Source of the DNA: an uncultured Opitutaceae bacterium
Lineage (GTDB): Bacteria > Verrucomicrobiota > Verrucomicrobiia > Opitutales > Opitutaceae
Assembly (NCBI GenBank): GCA_903891325.1
Contig: CAITEC010000029.1
Location: 539 to 64,538, forward strand
Reading direction: 5' to 3'
Length of the DNA stretch: 64,000 nt
Shown here: one piece after another, positions 8,624 through 17,828 of the stretch
Position numbering within the stretch: the stretch's first letter is position 1
How the letters are laid out: the number at the start of each line of letters is the position of its first letter
Position numbers and translations under genes: made by a program
Notes under the pieces: model-generated
Databases searched by the model: none
Seen by the model: only the letters and a program-made list of their open reading frames with translations
What the model was told of the DNA's origin: nothing

Positions 8624-10090
8624 ATGCCCCTACGCATCGCCTTCATCGGAGCCGGATCGATCGGCTTCACCCGGAAACTGGTGGCCGATCTCCTCGCCGT
8701 GCCCGAGTTCGCCGGCGTCGAGTTCGCGTTCACGGACATCAACCGCCGCAACCTGGAGATGGTGGCCGAGCTGTGCCGGCGCGACATCGCCGCGAACGGA
8801 ATGAACGTCGTGGTGCGCGCGGACACGAACCGCCGCGCGATGCTCAAGGGCGCCCGGTACGTCTTCAATGTCACGCGGATCGGCGGGCTCGAGGCGTTCG
8901 CGACCGACATCGACATCCCGCTCAAGTACGGGATCGACCAGTGCGTGGGCGACACGCTGTGCGCGGGCGGGCTCATGTACGCGCAGCGCGGGATCCCGGC
9001 GATCCTCGATTTCTGCCGCGACATCCGCGAGGTCGCCGCCCCGGATTGCCTGCTGCTGAACTACTCCAACCCCATGGCGATGATGACCTGGGCGGCCAAC
9101 AAGTACGGCGGCGTGCGCTGCGTCGGGCTCTGCCACGGGATCCAGCACGGGCACCACCAGATCGCCCAGGCGCTCGGCGCCGGGAAGCAGTCCGACGTCG
9201 ACATCATCTGCGCGGGGATCAACCACCAGACCTGGTACGTCGACGTGCGGTGGAACGGGCGGAAGGTCTCCGCCGTGGAGCTGCTCGCGGCCTTCGAGCG
9301 GCACCCGGAGTACTCGAAGACCGAGAAGGTCCGGATCGACGTCCTCCGGCGGTTCGGCTGCTACAGCACCGAGTCGAACGGGCACCTCAGCGAGTACCTG
9401 GCGTGGTACCGCAAGCGCCCGGCGGAGATCGCCCGCTGGATATCGATGGACGTGTGGATTAACGGCGAGACCGGAGGCTACCTGCGGGTCTGCCGGGAGG
9501 CCCGGAACTGGTTTGAGTCGGAGTTCAGCCGCGGCGCCGACGGCCACCCGCCGCTTTCCTACGGGCAGAAGGAGCGCTCGACGGAGCACGGGAGCTTCAT
9601 CATCGAGGCGTTCGAGACGGGCCGCATCTACCGCGGGCACTTCAACCTTCCCAACGCCGGGACGATCACCAACCTGCCCAACGACGCGATCACGGAAAGC
9701 CCGGGATTTGCGGACCGTTTCGGCTTCAACCGGCCGGTGGTCGGCGACCTGCCCGCGGGCTGCGCGGCGGTCTGCAGTAATTCGATCTCCGTCCAGCGGC
9801 TGGGGGTGGAGGCCGCCGTGCACGGCGACGACACGCTGCTGCGCCAGGCATTCCTGCTCGATCCCCTGACCGGGGCGGTGTGCAATCCCCCGGAAGTCTG
9901 GCAGCTTGTGGACGAGATGCTGGTCGCCGGCGCCCCGTGGCTCCCGCAGTACAAGCGATCGATCGCCGCCGCCCGCCGCCGGCTCGCAAAGGGCCCGAGG
10001 ATCAAGACCAATGTGACAAGGGGCGCCGCGCGCCTCGAGACGCGGTCGTTGGCCGCCCTGAAGCGACTCAACCCGCGCGAGGGGCACTGA
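8624..10090 (+). CDS. glycoside hydrolase family 4 (NAD/Mn-dependent alpha-galactosidase/alpha-galacturonidase type)
   Basis: MPLRIAFIGAGSIGF Rossmann N-terminus, NYSNPMAM, VGLCHG motif; start at the first ATG with a GH4-like N-terminus. Confidence 0.85.
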   Translation: MPLRIAFIGAGSIGFTRKLVADLLAVPEFAGVEFAFTDINRRNLEMVAELCRRDIAANGMNVVVRADTNRRAMLKGARYVFNVTRIGGLEAFATDIDIPLKYGIDQCVGDTLCAGGLMYAQRGIPAILDFCRDIREVAAPDCLLLNYSNPMAMMTWAANKYGGVRCVGLCHGIQHGHHQIAQALGAGKQSDVDIICAGINHQTWYVDVRWNGRKVSAVELLAAFERHPEYSKTEKVRIDVLRRFGCYSTESNGHLSEYLAWYRKRPAEIARWISMDVWINGETGGYLRVCREARNWFESEFSRGADGHPPLSYGQKERSTEHGSFIIEAFETGRIYRGHFNLPNAGTITNLPNDAITESPGFADRFGFNRPVVGDLPAGCAAVCSNSISVQRLGVEAAVHGDDTLLRQAFLLDPLTGAVCNPPEVWQLVDEMLVAGAPWLPQYKRSIAAARRRLAKGPRIKTNVTRGAARLETRSLAALKRLNPREGH

Positions 10091-12152
10091 TCTCGATCGT
10101 CCGCTCCCGGCCCAGGTGCACCAGCTTCGCCGTCGCCGGGTAGGCGTCGGGGGGCAGGATCGGATTGACGGAGACTCCCTCGAACGAGGGTTCGATCCCC
10201 ATGAGCCAGCGCGGAAGCGCGAGGGAGACCAGGCCCTGGTCGGAGAGGAAGGGCTCGTAGGATATCAGCTCGTAATCCTGCCAGGCGGTCGGGCTGGGCT
10301 TTCCCGAGAAATCCCAGTAATTGCATCCCTCGACCAGCGAGGTGGCCGCGAAGCGGCCGACCACGCGGCGCCAGGTGGCGAGCGCCTCCTCCGCGAACCC
10401 GGTCTTCACCAGGGCGCCGATCCAGTAGAAGTTCCACGACACCAGGCAGCCCCCGTTCATCGTCTGCCCGAATCGGGTCACGTCACTCTTGTACTCGCGA
10501 AACATCATCGAGTCGCGCTCCGCGTCGTAAAAGTTCGTCTGGAGGGAAAAGCAGGCCTCCCAGTCCGGGCCGAGCTCGTGCCGCCGGCGGAGGATCGCCT
10601 CGACCACGCGCCGGGCGCGCCCGGGAGGGACCAGGCCGGCGGTTATCGCCTGGAGCTGGGGTCCGGCGTAGAGGTGGAAGTGGGGTTTTCCCGCGAGGTC
10701 GATCCAGTCCGCGTAGAATCCGCGATCCTCATCCCAGAAAGCGGTATTGTACGTTTCCACCAGGGTGTCCGCGAGTCCATCGGCCCGTCTCGCCTCCGCG
10801 GCGTCGCCCAGCCAGCGGGCGGTCGCCGCCTGCGCCCGCAGCCCGACCGCCGCCAGGACGTTGAGCGAGGCGATCCGGCCGTTGCGCGCGATCCAGTCCC
10901 AGTAGTCGTTCCCCGTGTCCCGCGCGGTCGCGATCATGCCGCCGCCCCGTTCCATCTGGCCGGCGATGATCGCGGTCGCCCGGCAGGCCCCTTCCCAGTG
11001 GCGCCCGGCCCAGTCCCGGTCCCCGGTCAGGAGGAGAAGGTCGCGGAACGAGGCGAGAAAGGAGGGGAGGATGTCGAGCGAGGTGTCGGCCTGGTAGCCC
11101 GGTCCGGCGCTGCCGGTTGCAGCCAGGCTGAGGGCGGTCCGGCCGATCTGCGCGGCGAGGACCCGGCCCGGGTCCATGACATCCGCCCCGAGCGGCCCGG
11201 CCGGCACGCCCCATCCGGCCATCTGGGAATACATGTAGGAGCAGAGCTGGGCCACGTAGCCGGAGGGTTCGTTCCCGAATCGCCAGTCGTGGGTGTCCGC
11301 GAGGATCGCGCAATTGGCGTGGGTGTCGAAGAAGCGGCGGTTCACCGCGGCTTCCGCCCGGAGCGGACCGCTCACCTCCGCGGCGAGCCGGACGCCGGTC
11401 TCGGTTGAGTCCGGCTCGAGGACGAGGGTGAGGACGAGCCTGTCCCCGGCCTTCATCCGGCGCGTCTCCCCGGGCTCGCACCAGGGCGTGTGCGCGAGAA
11501 GCGACATGAAATTCAGGATCTCCCCCTTTTTCAGGTGGTGGCTGACGGTGGCCCGCAGGTCGCCGTTTGGCATCGCGTGGGAGAGCAGCTTGGCGACCCC
11601 CCATCCGCCCGGGGTGCTGCGCGTGCTCCGGGATGCCGGCATCGTCGCGGTACCGCCGAAGGAACCCTCGACGCTGTAGAACCCGTCCTGGCGGGTGTCG
11701 CGGTCCCAGAGCTGGAAGACGAGCGCCTCGCCCCAGGGAGCGTGCGCGGAAAAGAAGAGGCCGGGGATGAAGGCGTCCGCAAGTTCCGTGTCCGCGAGCC
11801 AGGACTGCTCGATTGTCCACTCGAGCCGACGGCCGTCCAACCTCAGGATCCAGCGCTCCCGGACGTTCCCAAATTCAATGGAGTCGACCTCCAGGGCGGT
11901 TCCGGCGAGGTCCCGGGCCCGGCCGGAGCGGCACGACGAGCTGAGGTGCATCCCGCCGGACGCGTCGAAATAGCCGGTCTGCGCGCCGCACACGGTCGCA
12001 ATCGGGTGCCGCGGGGAGCGGGGCGATCCTGTCTTCAGAAGATTGGCGCACCAATGCCCCGTGCCGCCCGCATCGAAGCGAAGCGAGTTGAGCATCGCGC
12101 CGTCAACGGACAGCGACAGGTTCCAGTACGGGTTGTGAAGCTCGCGCCCCAT
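10068..12152 (-). CDS. (alpha/alpha)6 six-hairpin glycosidase-like protein, family not assignable by eye
   Basis: 694-aa GC3-biased ORF, last gene of the minus array; C-terminal half resembles six-hairpin GH domains (NGRIASLNVLAAVGLR ... MNGGCLVSWNFYWIGAL); no signal peptide. Confidence 0.7.
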   Translation of the reverse strand: MGRELHNPYWNLSLSVDGAMLNSLRFDAGGTGHWCANLLKTGSPRSPRHPIATVCGAQTGYFDASGGMHLSSSCRSGRARDLAGTALEVDSIEFGNVRERWILRLDGRRLEWTIEQSWLADTELADAFIPGLFFSAHAPWGEALVFQLWDRDTRQDGFYSVEGSFGGTATMPASRSTRSTPGGWGVAKLLSHAMPNGDLRATVSHHLKKGEILNFMSLLAHTPWCEPGETRRMKAGDRLVLTLVLEPDSTETGVRLAAEVSGPLRAEAAVNRRFFDTHANCAILADTHDWRFGNEPSGYVAQLCSYMYSQMAGWGVPAGPLGADVMDPGRVLAAQIGRTALSLAATGSAGPGYQADTSLDILPSFLASFRDLLLLTGDRDWAGRHWEGACRATAIIAGQMERGGGMIATARDTGNDYWDWIARNGRIASLNVLAAVGLRAQAATARWLGDAAEARRADGLADTLVETYNTAFWDEDRGFYADWIDLAGKPHFHLYAGPQLQAITAGLVPPGRARRVVEAILRRRHELGPDWEACFSLQTNFYDAERDSMMFREYKSDVTRFGQTMNGGCLVSWNFYWIGALVKTGFAEEALATWRRVVGRFAATSLVEGCNYWDFSGKPSPTAWQDYELISYEPFLSDQGLVSLALPRWLMGIEPSFEGVSVNPILPPDAYPATAKLVHLGRERTIEISAPRAG

Positions 12153-12155
12153 CGC

Positions 12156-14642
12156 TCAGGAGGGGGCGTACGAGTAGTATCCGTCCGAAATCGCCCGGGT
12201 GTTCTCCTTCCACCAGCGCCGGGTCACCCAGGCCTCGACCCGCGCCTCGACATCGGCGGGAACGTTGGCATGGACGGAGATCTCCACGGGCGCCCCCGAC
12301 CACTCCGCGGGGAGCCGGGTCTTGTAGAGGACCCAGGAGCAGCCGTAGGACTGGGTGTTGCCGTGCTGGCGGCCGTCGGGGACCGGGGCGAGAAGCACGC
12401 TCCTGCCCCCGATCCGGGCGAGGGCCTGGACGATCTGGACGACCGTCGGCGAATAGCGCCACTCCTCGGTGCCCTTCCGCAGGCGGATCACGATGGAGAG
12501 GATCATCGGATCGCCGGCAGTGAAGGCGGGGAGCTCCGACTCGAACGCGTACGCCTTCTTCTGGAGGTTCTTGGCCGCGAAGGCCGCGGCATCCACGAAA
12601 GTCACCTCCGTCCCGGGAGCCGGGGCGATCGTCCGCAGCGCGAGGGCGGTCCCCAAAGCCGCGGCCTGCGCGGCGCTGACCGAGCGGACCGGGAGGCGGC
12701 TGGCAAGCCGCGCGGCGGGGCCGACCTCAAGCATGAGGGTCTCGAAGGGCCGGAGCCGGATATCGAGGACGTCGCCGAGCCTGAATTCCTTTCCGTCGGG
12801 CCGCAGCAGCCGGGCGCGATCCGGAAAGTGGGCCCGAACTCCCAGCGGCGTCCCGGCCCGGGCGTCGAGCCCGATTTCGGCGCCCAGCCGGACCACGGCG
12901 CGGCGGGATGTGAAGTGGGCGTTGTTGATGAAGAGGAACCCGCGCGAGCCTCGGCAATGCGCGTATCCGTACACCTCGTTGCGGAACGGGTCGCCCAGGA
13001 TGTTCCTGCGCCGGCCGAAGAGCCGGGACTCCTTTTTTGCAAGGGCGGCGATCCATGCCAGGAAATCCACATCGTCGCCCTCCAGGTGGAAGAGGTTTCC
13101 CCAGATGTTGGGAAAAAGGAGGCTGCCGCGGCCCAGGTCCATGACGATCGCCTCGCGCCAGCGCTCCTTGGCCATGAAGTTTCCCCAGCGCGTGTCCGAG
13201 AGCCAGAGCCCAAGGCTGTCCTTCACGATCGGCGGGATGGTGCGCGCGCACTGCGTGTTCTGGTCGAGCGCCACGCTGACCGAGTCGCGGTAGTAGAGGG
13301 CCGGGAAGGCGCTGGTCGCCGAGCCCTCCATGTGCAGGCCCGACTCGAAGATCATGTCGCCGTGCATCGCCCAGAACGGGGACTGCAGGCCCCAGTACCA
13401 GATGATGAACACGTCGGGGGCGATCGCCCGGGCGCTTTCCGCAATGTCGATGAGGGAGTCGAACATCGGCTCCACCGAGTACTTCCCGGTCAGGTGCCCG
13501 TGGTCCTCCTTGTCGCAGCGGTAGATGCCGCCGTCGAACTTGAGCAGCCGCACGCCGTTTTCCTTCACATGGTGGAGGACGGCGTTCTTGAGGATCCTCT
13601 GGTAGCGCTCCTCGGCGAAGCAGAACCAGACCCCCTCCAGGCCCGTGGGATGCCCTTCGCGGTAGGGCATTGTGCCCGGCTTCCCGTCGGCAAAGGCCGG
13701 CCCGTATTGCCAGCAGGACTGGGAGCCCCAGCCCGTCGCGAACCAGAGCCCGAACTTCATTCCCAGGTCCTTCACGCGCCGGATGAGCGCGGCGGGACCC
13801 TCGGGGAAGGCGTTGGGCCGGAAGCGGGTCAGGTCGGAGTCGAAGTCCACCCAGCCGGTGTCGAGGGTGTAGTAGTCGAATTTCACGCCCTTTTTCCGCC
13901 AGGCCGCGAGCCGGTCCAGGACGTTCAGGTTCTGCTCGTCGTCGAGCGTGGGGCAGGAGCCCCACTGGCTGTTGAAACCGAAGGGGGTGAAGGTGGAGAC
14001 GGTCTTCCGGGGCCGGATGCTGCGCGCCTCGATGTAGTCGACGAAGTGGGCCCGGGCGCAACCCGGCGCGGCGACGCTCACCAGCGCGGTGCGGCTCGTG
14101 AAACGTCCGCCGGCCGGCAGCCGCCGGCCCGGGAAATGGGCGAGCCGCACGCGCCCGGGCTCCCCGGTGTTGGTCCCGCAGGGATGCTCGATCGCCGCGA
14201 ACACATCGTCCCCGATGAAGACCGGCTTGCCGTCCCCCCCGCCGGAGACCGTGCCCTCGGCGGTGAACTCGTCGAGCTCGATGTCCAGGAGAAGGACCTC
14301 GCGGGACGAGGTATTGACCACCTCAGCCCGCTTGCGCCGGGTCGGTCCATCCAGCCGGATGTCCAGGGTCACGGAAAGCCCCGCCGCGGCCAGCTCGAAC
14401 ACGGCCCCGTCCCGGCCCCGCGGGCGGACGCCGCGAACGGAGAACTTCTCCACCCGCCGGAGCGGCTCGGCGAGCCGGTCGGTCGCCGCGGAGAAGACCA
14501 GCGCGATTTCCCGGGACCCGGTCAGGTACTGGGTGAGGCCGGAGAGCCGGTTTTCGAAATGCGTGGCGCGGAGCCGGCCGCCGCTCCAGTCGAAGTGCCA
14601 GGCGACACTTCGGTTGGCGAGGATGAGGGAGGTCTTCTTCAC
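12156..14642 (-). CDS. clan-D (GH36/GH27-like) alpha-galactosidase-type glycoside hydrolase
   Basis: YYTLDTGWVDF and GMKFGLWFATGW resemble the GH36 DDGW / KFGLWFEPE motifs; GTG start at 14642 overlaps the upstream TGA (GTGA); track ORF is 5'-extended into the neighbour. Confidence 0.75.
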   Translation of the reverse strand: MKKTSLILANRSVAWHFDWSGGRLRATHFENRLSGLTQYLTGSREIALVFSAATDRLAEPLRRVEKFSVRGVRPRGRDGAVFELAAAGLSVTLDIRLDGPTRRKRAEVVNTSSREVLLLDIELDEFTAEGTVSGGGDGKPVFIGDDVFAAIEHPCGTNTGEPGRVRLAHFPGRRLPAGGRFTSRTALVSVAAPGCARAHFVDYIEARSIRPRKTVSTFTPFGFNSQWGSCPTLDDEQNLNVLDRLAAWRKKGVKFDYYTLDTGWVDFDSDLTRFRPNAFPEGPAALIRRVKDLGMKFGLWFATGWGSQSCWQYGPAFADGKPGTMPYREGHPTGLEGVWFCFAEERYQRILKNAVLHHVKENGVRLLKFDGGIYRCDKEDHGHLTGKYSVEPMFDSLIDIAESARAIAPDVFIIWYWGLQSPFWAMHGDMIFESGLHMEGSATSAFPALYYRDSVSVALDQNTQCARTIPPIVKDSLGLWLSDTRWGNFMAKERWREAIVMDLGRGSLLFPNIWGNLFHLEGDDVDFLAWIAALAKKESRLFGRRRNILGDPFRNEVYGYAHCRGSRGFLFINNAHFTSRRAVVRLGAEIGLDARAGTPLGVRAHFPDRARLLRPDGKEFRLGDVLDIRLRPFETLMLEVGPAARLASRLPVRSVSAAQAAALGTALALRTIAPAPGTEVTFVDAAAFAAKNLQKKAYAFESELPAFTAGDPMILSIVIRLRKGTEEWRYSPTVVQIVQALARIGGRSVLLAPVPDGRQHGNTQSYGCSWVLYKTRLPAEWSGAPVEISVHANVPADVEARVEAWVTRRWWKENTRAISDGYYSYAPS

Positions 14643-16777
14643 GCGATGGCCGGCTCGATGATCAGGATCCAGTCGTGGTCGATTCCCGCGGGGGGCGGGC
14701 AGCGCCACTCCCCGGCCCGGTCCGATTTCGCGCCGGATATCTGCACCCGGGTTCCCTCGACCGGGTCGAAATACGCCGCGGCAAGGGAACGGTTCTCGCC
14801 GAGGTGGCGGACGATGACTGGCAGGGCGCAGGGCGCGTAGACAATCCGGACGCCCCCGGGAATTCCCGCCGCCTGCGGCCCGAAATACTTCGGGTCGGGG
14901 TCGGCGACCGGTCCCCAGATTGCATCGCCAAGGCTGCCCAGGACGACCGACGGCTTCCACGAGCTGTCGTCGAACCCGGGCGCCAGCCATCCGGCAACCT
15001 CGGCTTCAGAGTATTTCCAGGATTCGCCGGTCTCGATTCTCGTCACGCCGCCGTCGGCGAACCCGATTTCCAGGACGGCGATCAGGCCGTTTGGGTTGCC
15101 CGTGGGCGGGCGGTGCTCCACCCAGATCGCGAGGACGTTCGCGCCCGGCCGAAGGAGCCGCGCCCGGTCGTCGAACTGCGATCCGGTAACCCGGCCCCAG
15201 CCGACGCCCGCCTGCGCGCCGTTCAGCCTTGCATCAATGTGGCTTTCGCCGGCGAAGCGAAGCCGGGAGTAGGTGACGGCCCGTCCGGCCTCCAGCGTGA
15301 AGGTGCGCCGGAAGTAGCGCCGCGCGTTGGGCCCGTCCGCCGGCGGCTTGACCGCGTCGCTCCAGATCCAGCGGGCGCCCTCGAGGCCGAGCCACTTGAA
15401 ATTGTCGAAGGCCGCCCACTCCGGATGGGGGGTGAAACGCTGCCACGGAAAGCGCGCGAGCAGGGCCTTGCCGAGCGCCACCTGCCGCGATCCTCCCAGG
15501 TTCATCGCCTGCTCCCAGGTGATCGTCCCGTAGCCGCCGCCCCACGGCGAATTCCCGTGCGCCTGGTCCGCCCGGTTGCACTGCCAGATGCCGTTCGCCC
15601 CGTAGGTGTGACCGGCCGCCCCGTTGAGCATGCACGACCAGAAGGAGCGGCGCACCCACTCGGTCGTGATGGTGTCGTTGAGCATCTCGTAGCAGGGCTC
15701 GCTGTTGATGATGGGGATCGTGGGGGTTGCGGCGAAGCACTCCCTGACGGTCCGGATCGTCGGCTCGATCGCCTCGTTGCACGCATGCCCGGTTTGAAGG
15801 AAGTCGATGTCGAGCAGGCCCGCGTCCTCGATCGCATTGCGGGCGGTGAAGAGCCTGATGGCGGTCGGATGAATGGTCATCGGCCGGTTGAAAGGATCGT
15901 TCTCGCGGACGTAGCGGGCGACTTTTGTCCACTCGCGGACCTGATCGCGGTCGTCCCAGGGAAATCCCTTCGCGAGGTACCAGGGAAGGTTGGCCTCCCC
16001 CGCAATGCACCAGGTCATCGGCCAGGCCCCGTAGCGGGCGATCAGGTACCGCCAGTGAGCCTTGAGTTTCTCCGTCCCCATCCACGGGATGAAGTAACCC
16101 CATGCCCCGACGAGGCAGGGGCTGATCCCCTGGTCCACCAGGTGCCGGAGCCTCATGTCGGCGGCATCGTAGTACTCCGGGCGCATCCGCGCGTAGTTTT
16201 CCTCCCAGGGGAAACCCGCCTCGTTGGCGCCGCGGGGATCGAAGGCCGGCATGTCCGGGTACAGGCCCGCCACGATCTGGACCACGTTGAAACCCTTGGC
16301 CACGCGGTCGGCGGTGAGCCGCTGGAACTCGTCCGGCCAGTGCAGTCGGTTGCACAGCCCCATCCACCAGGTGTCGCCGAGCCAGAAGAAGGGTGTGCCA
16401 TCCCGGTGCTCCAAGCTGCGCCGGTCCCCGGAAACCCGGAGCGGCCCGTGCCGGAAGAGGGGATTCGAGCCGGCATAGGGCGAGATCGAGACAGCCCCCG
16501 TGACGCCGTGGAGCCCGGGATCGGCCGCGTCCGAGCATTCGCTGCGGAAGGGATGGAGCCCGGCGAGGGGGGAGGCATAGCGGACTTTCCACGTGCTTCC
16601 CCCGGCCCAAAACGCGGGGACCCGCAGCTCGCGGCCCTCCGGGTCGACAAAGACCAGGTCGAGCGTCACGTCGTTGAAAGGATCGCCGTGGCTGCGGGCC
16701 GCCTCCAGGGTCAGTTCAACGGGGACGTTGGCTTCGGTGCGTGTCGGGGCAGGGTCAGCCGGTCGGGCTTTTTTCAT
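14639..16777 (-). CDS. GH140-type (DUF5060 + DUF4038) glycoside hydrolase with extra C-terminal beta-sandwich-like domain
   Basis: DUF5060-like VPVELTLEAARSHGDPFNDVTLDLVFVDPEGRELRVPAFWAGG; DUF4038-like GTPFFWLGDTWW, NVVQIV; C-terminal ARWIWSD...RRYFRRTFTLEAG...NVLAIWV resembles rhamnosidase N-domains. Confidence 0.85.
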   Translation of the reverse strand: MKKARPADPAPTRTEANVPVELTLEAARSHGDPFNDVTLDLVFVDPEGRELRVPAFWAGGSTWKVRYASPLAGLHPFRSECSDAADPGLHGVTGAVSISPYAGSNPLFRHGPLRVSGDRRSLEHRDGTPFFWLGDTWWMGLCNRLHWPDEFQRLTADRVAKGFNVVQIVAGLYPDMPAFDPRGANEAGFPWEENYARMRPEYYDAADMRLRHLVDQGISPCLVGAWGYFIPWMGTEKLKAHWRYLIARYGAWPMTWCIAGEANLPWYLAKGFPWDDRDQVREWTKVARYVRENDPFNRPMTIHPTAIRLFTARNAIEDAGLLDIDFLQTGHACNEAIEPTIRTVRECFAATPTIPIINSEPCYEMLNDTITTEWVRRSFWSCMLNGAAGHTYGANGIWQCNRADQAHGNSPWGGGYGTITWEQAMNLGGSRQVALGKALLARFPWQRFTPHPEWAAFDNFKWLGLEGARWIWSDAVKPPADGPNARRYFRRTFTLEAGRAVTYSRLRFAGESHIDARLNGAQAGVGWGRVTGSQFDDRARLLRPGANVLAIWVEHRPPTGNPNGLIAVLEIGFADGGVTRIETGESWKYSEAEVAGWLAPGFDDSSWKPSVVLGSLGDAIWGPVADPDPKYFGPQAAGIPGGVRIVYAPCALPVIVRHLGENRSLAAAYFDPVEGTRVQISGAKSDRAGEWRCPPPAGIDHDWILIIEPAIA

Positions 16778-16825
16778 GGAATGGGCTTGGGCCGCCGGAA
16801 TCCTCCCGCGGCCCCGCTGCGGCCA

Positions 16826-17788
16826 TCAGCAGATCGGCTCCGATCCCTTGAGCAGGGACGAGTCCCAGGCCATCACCTGGCGGGCCTTCGATTTCCAATA
16901 GTACTTCAGGCGCTTGTTCTTCCAGCCCCGGTACAGCTCCCTCCACTGGACGCCACCCATGTGGGGGCGCAGCGAGGAAATGTGGACCTGGTCGCGGGCG
17001 GGCTGGTAACGGAAATCGCAGGAGAGGCGGATCCGGCCGGGCTTCCGGTTCGGAAGCGCCTTGTGCACGACGTGGCTCGGGAAGGTGATGATGTCCCCGC
17101 ACTCGTAGTCGCCCTGGACCCAGGTGTGGTCCATGTCGCAGAGCATGCTCTCGAAGCCGCCGGCCCCCTTGGCCGTCTTGACCTTGAGGACCTCCTCGCG
17201 GTGCGAACCCCTCAGGATGCTCAGCCCTCCCAGGCTCATCGGGCAGTCGCCCAGCGGAAACCAGCAGGTCCAGAAGCTGTGGGCGCCCTGGATGTAGATG
17301 TAGTCCTGGTGGGGCGGCGTCGGGTTGAAGCTGGGCGCCGGCAGGAGGACGCGCGCGATATTGCGCGGGTGGGGGAGGACCGCCCCCTGGAAGAGCGCCC
17401 GGTAGAGCGCGATCAGCCGGGGATGGTGGGCCAGGGAGTGGAAAAGCTCCAGCTTCTGGATGTCGATGTACGCCTGCTTCCCGACCCCGATGTACTTCAG
17501 GCTCGGGTCGAGCCGGTCGGAGGCGGCGATCGCGTCGAGGTCGCCGATCCCGTCGATCAACTTCGTGCCCTTCCGGATCCAGCCGTTGCGCTCGACGATC
17601 TCCAGTATCTGCCGGCGGACCTCCATCAGGGGCTCCTTCGGGAGGAGGCCCTTGAAGAAGAGGTATCCGTCACGGTCCGCCCGGGCGCGAAGCGCCTTGG
17701 GCGAGGACAGGAGCGGCGTCGAATTCAGGAATCCGGTGATGACCTTCTTGGGCATCTTCCGGTGCCGGGGTTTCTTCAGCATGATCAT
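16826..17788 (-). CDS. PhyH family Fe(II)/2OG dioxygenase
   Basis: TPPHQDYIYIQG (HxD) and FPSHVVHKALPN (distal His). Confidence 0.85.
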   Translation of the reverse strand: MIMLKKPRHRKMPKKVITGFLNSTPLLSSPKALRARADRDGYLFFKGLLPKEPLMEVRRQILEIVERNGWIRKGTKLIDGIGDLDAIAASDRLDPSLKYIGVGKQAYIDIQKLELFHSLAHHPRLIALYRALFQGAVLPHPRNIARVLLPAPSFNPTPPHQDYIYIQGAHSFWTCWFPLGDCPMSLGGLSILRGSHREEVLKVKTAKGAGGFESMLCDMDHTWVQGDYECGDIITFPSHVVHKALPNRKPGRIRLSCDFRYQPARDQVHISSLRPHMGGVQWRELYRGWKNKRLKYYWKSKARQVMAWDSSLLKGSEPIC

Positions 17789-17828
17789 GGCGATTCGGGT
17801 GTTCCTTTGAGGCGCGGGGAGGGGGATT

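Noticed and set aside
10068-10090. 23-nt 3' overlap of the convergent GH4 and six-hairpin genes as a regulatory antisense arrangement
   Set aside because: Short convergent overlaps are common in compact GC-rich genomes, and no structure or motif was seen.
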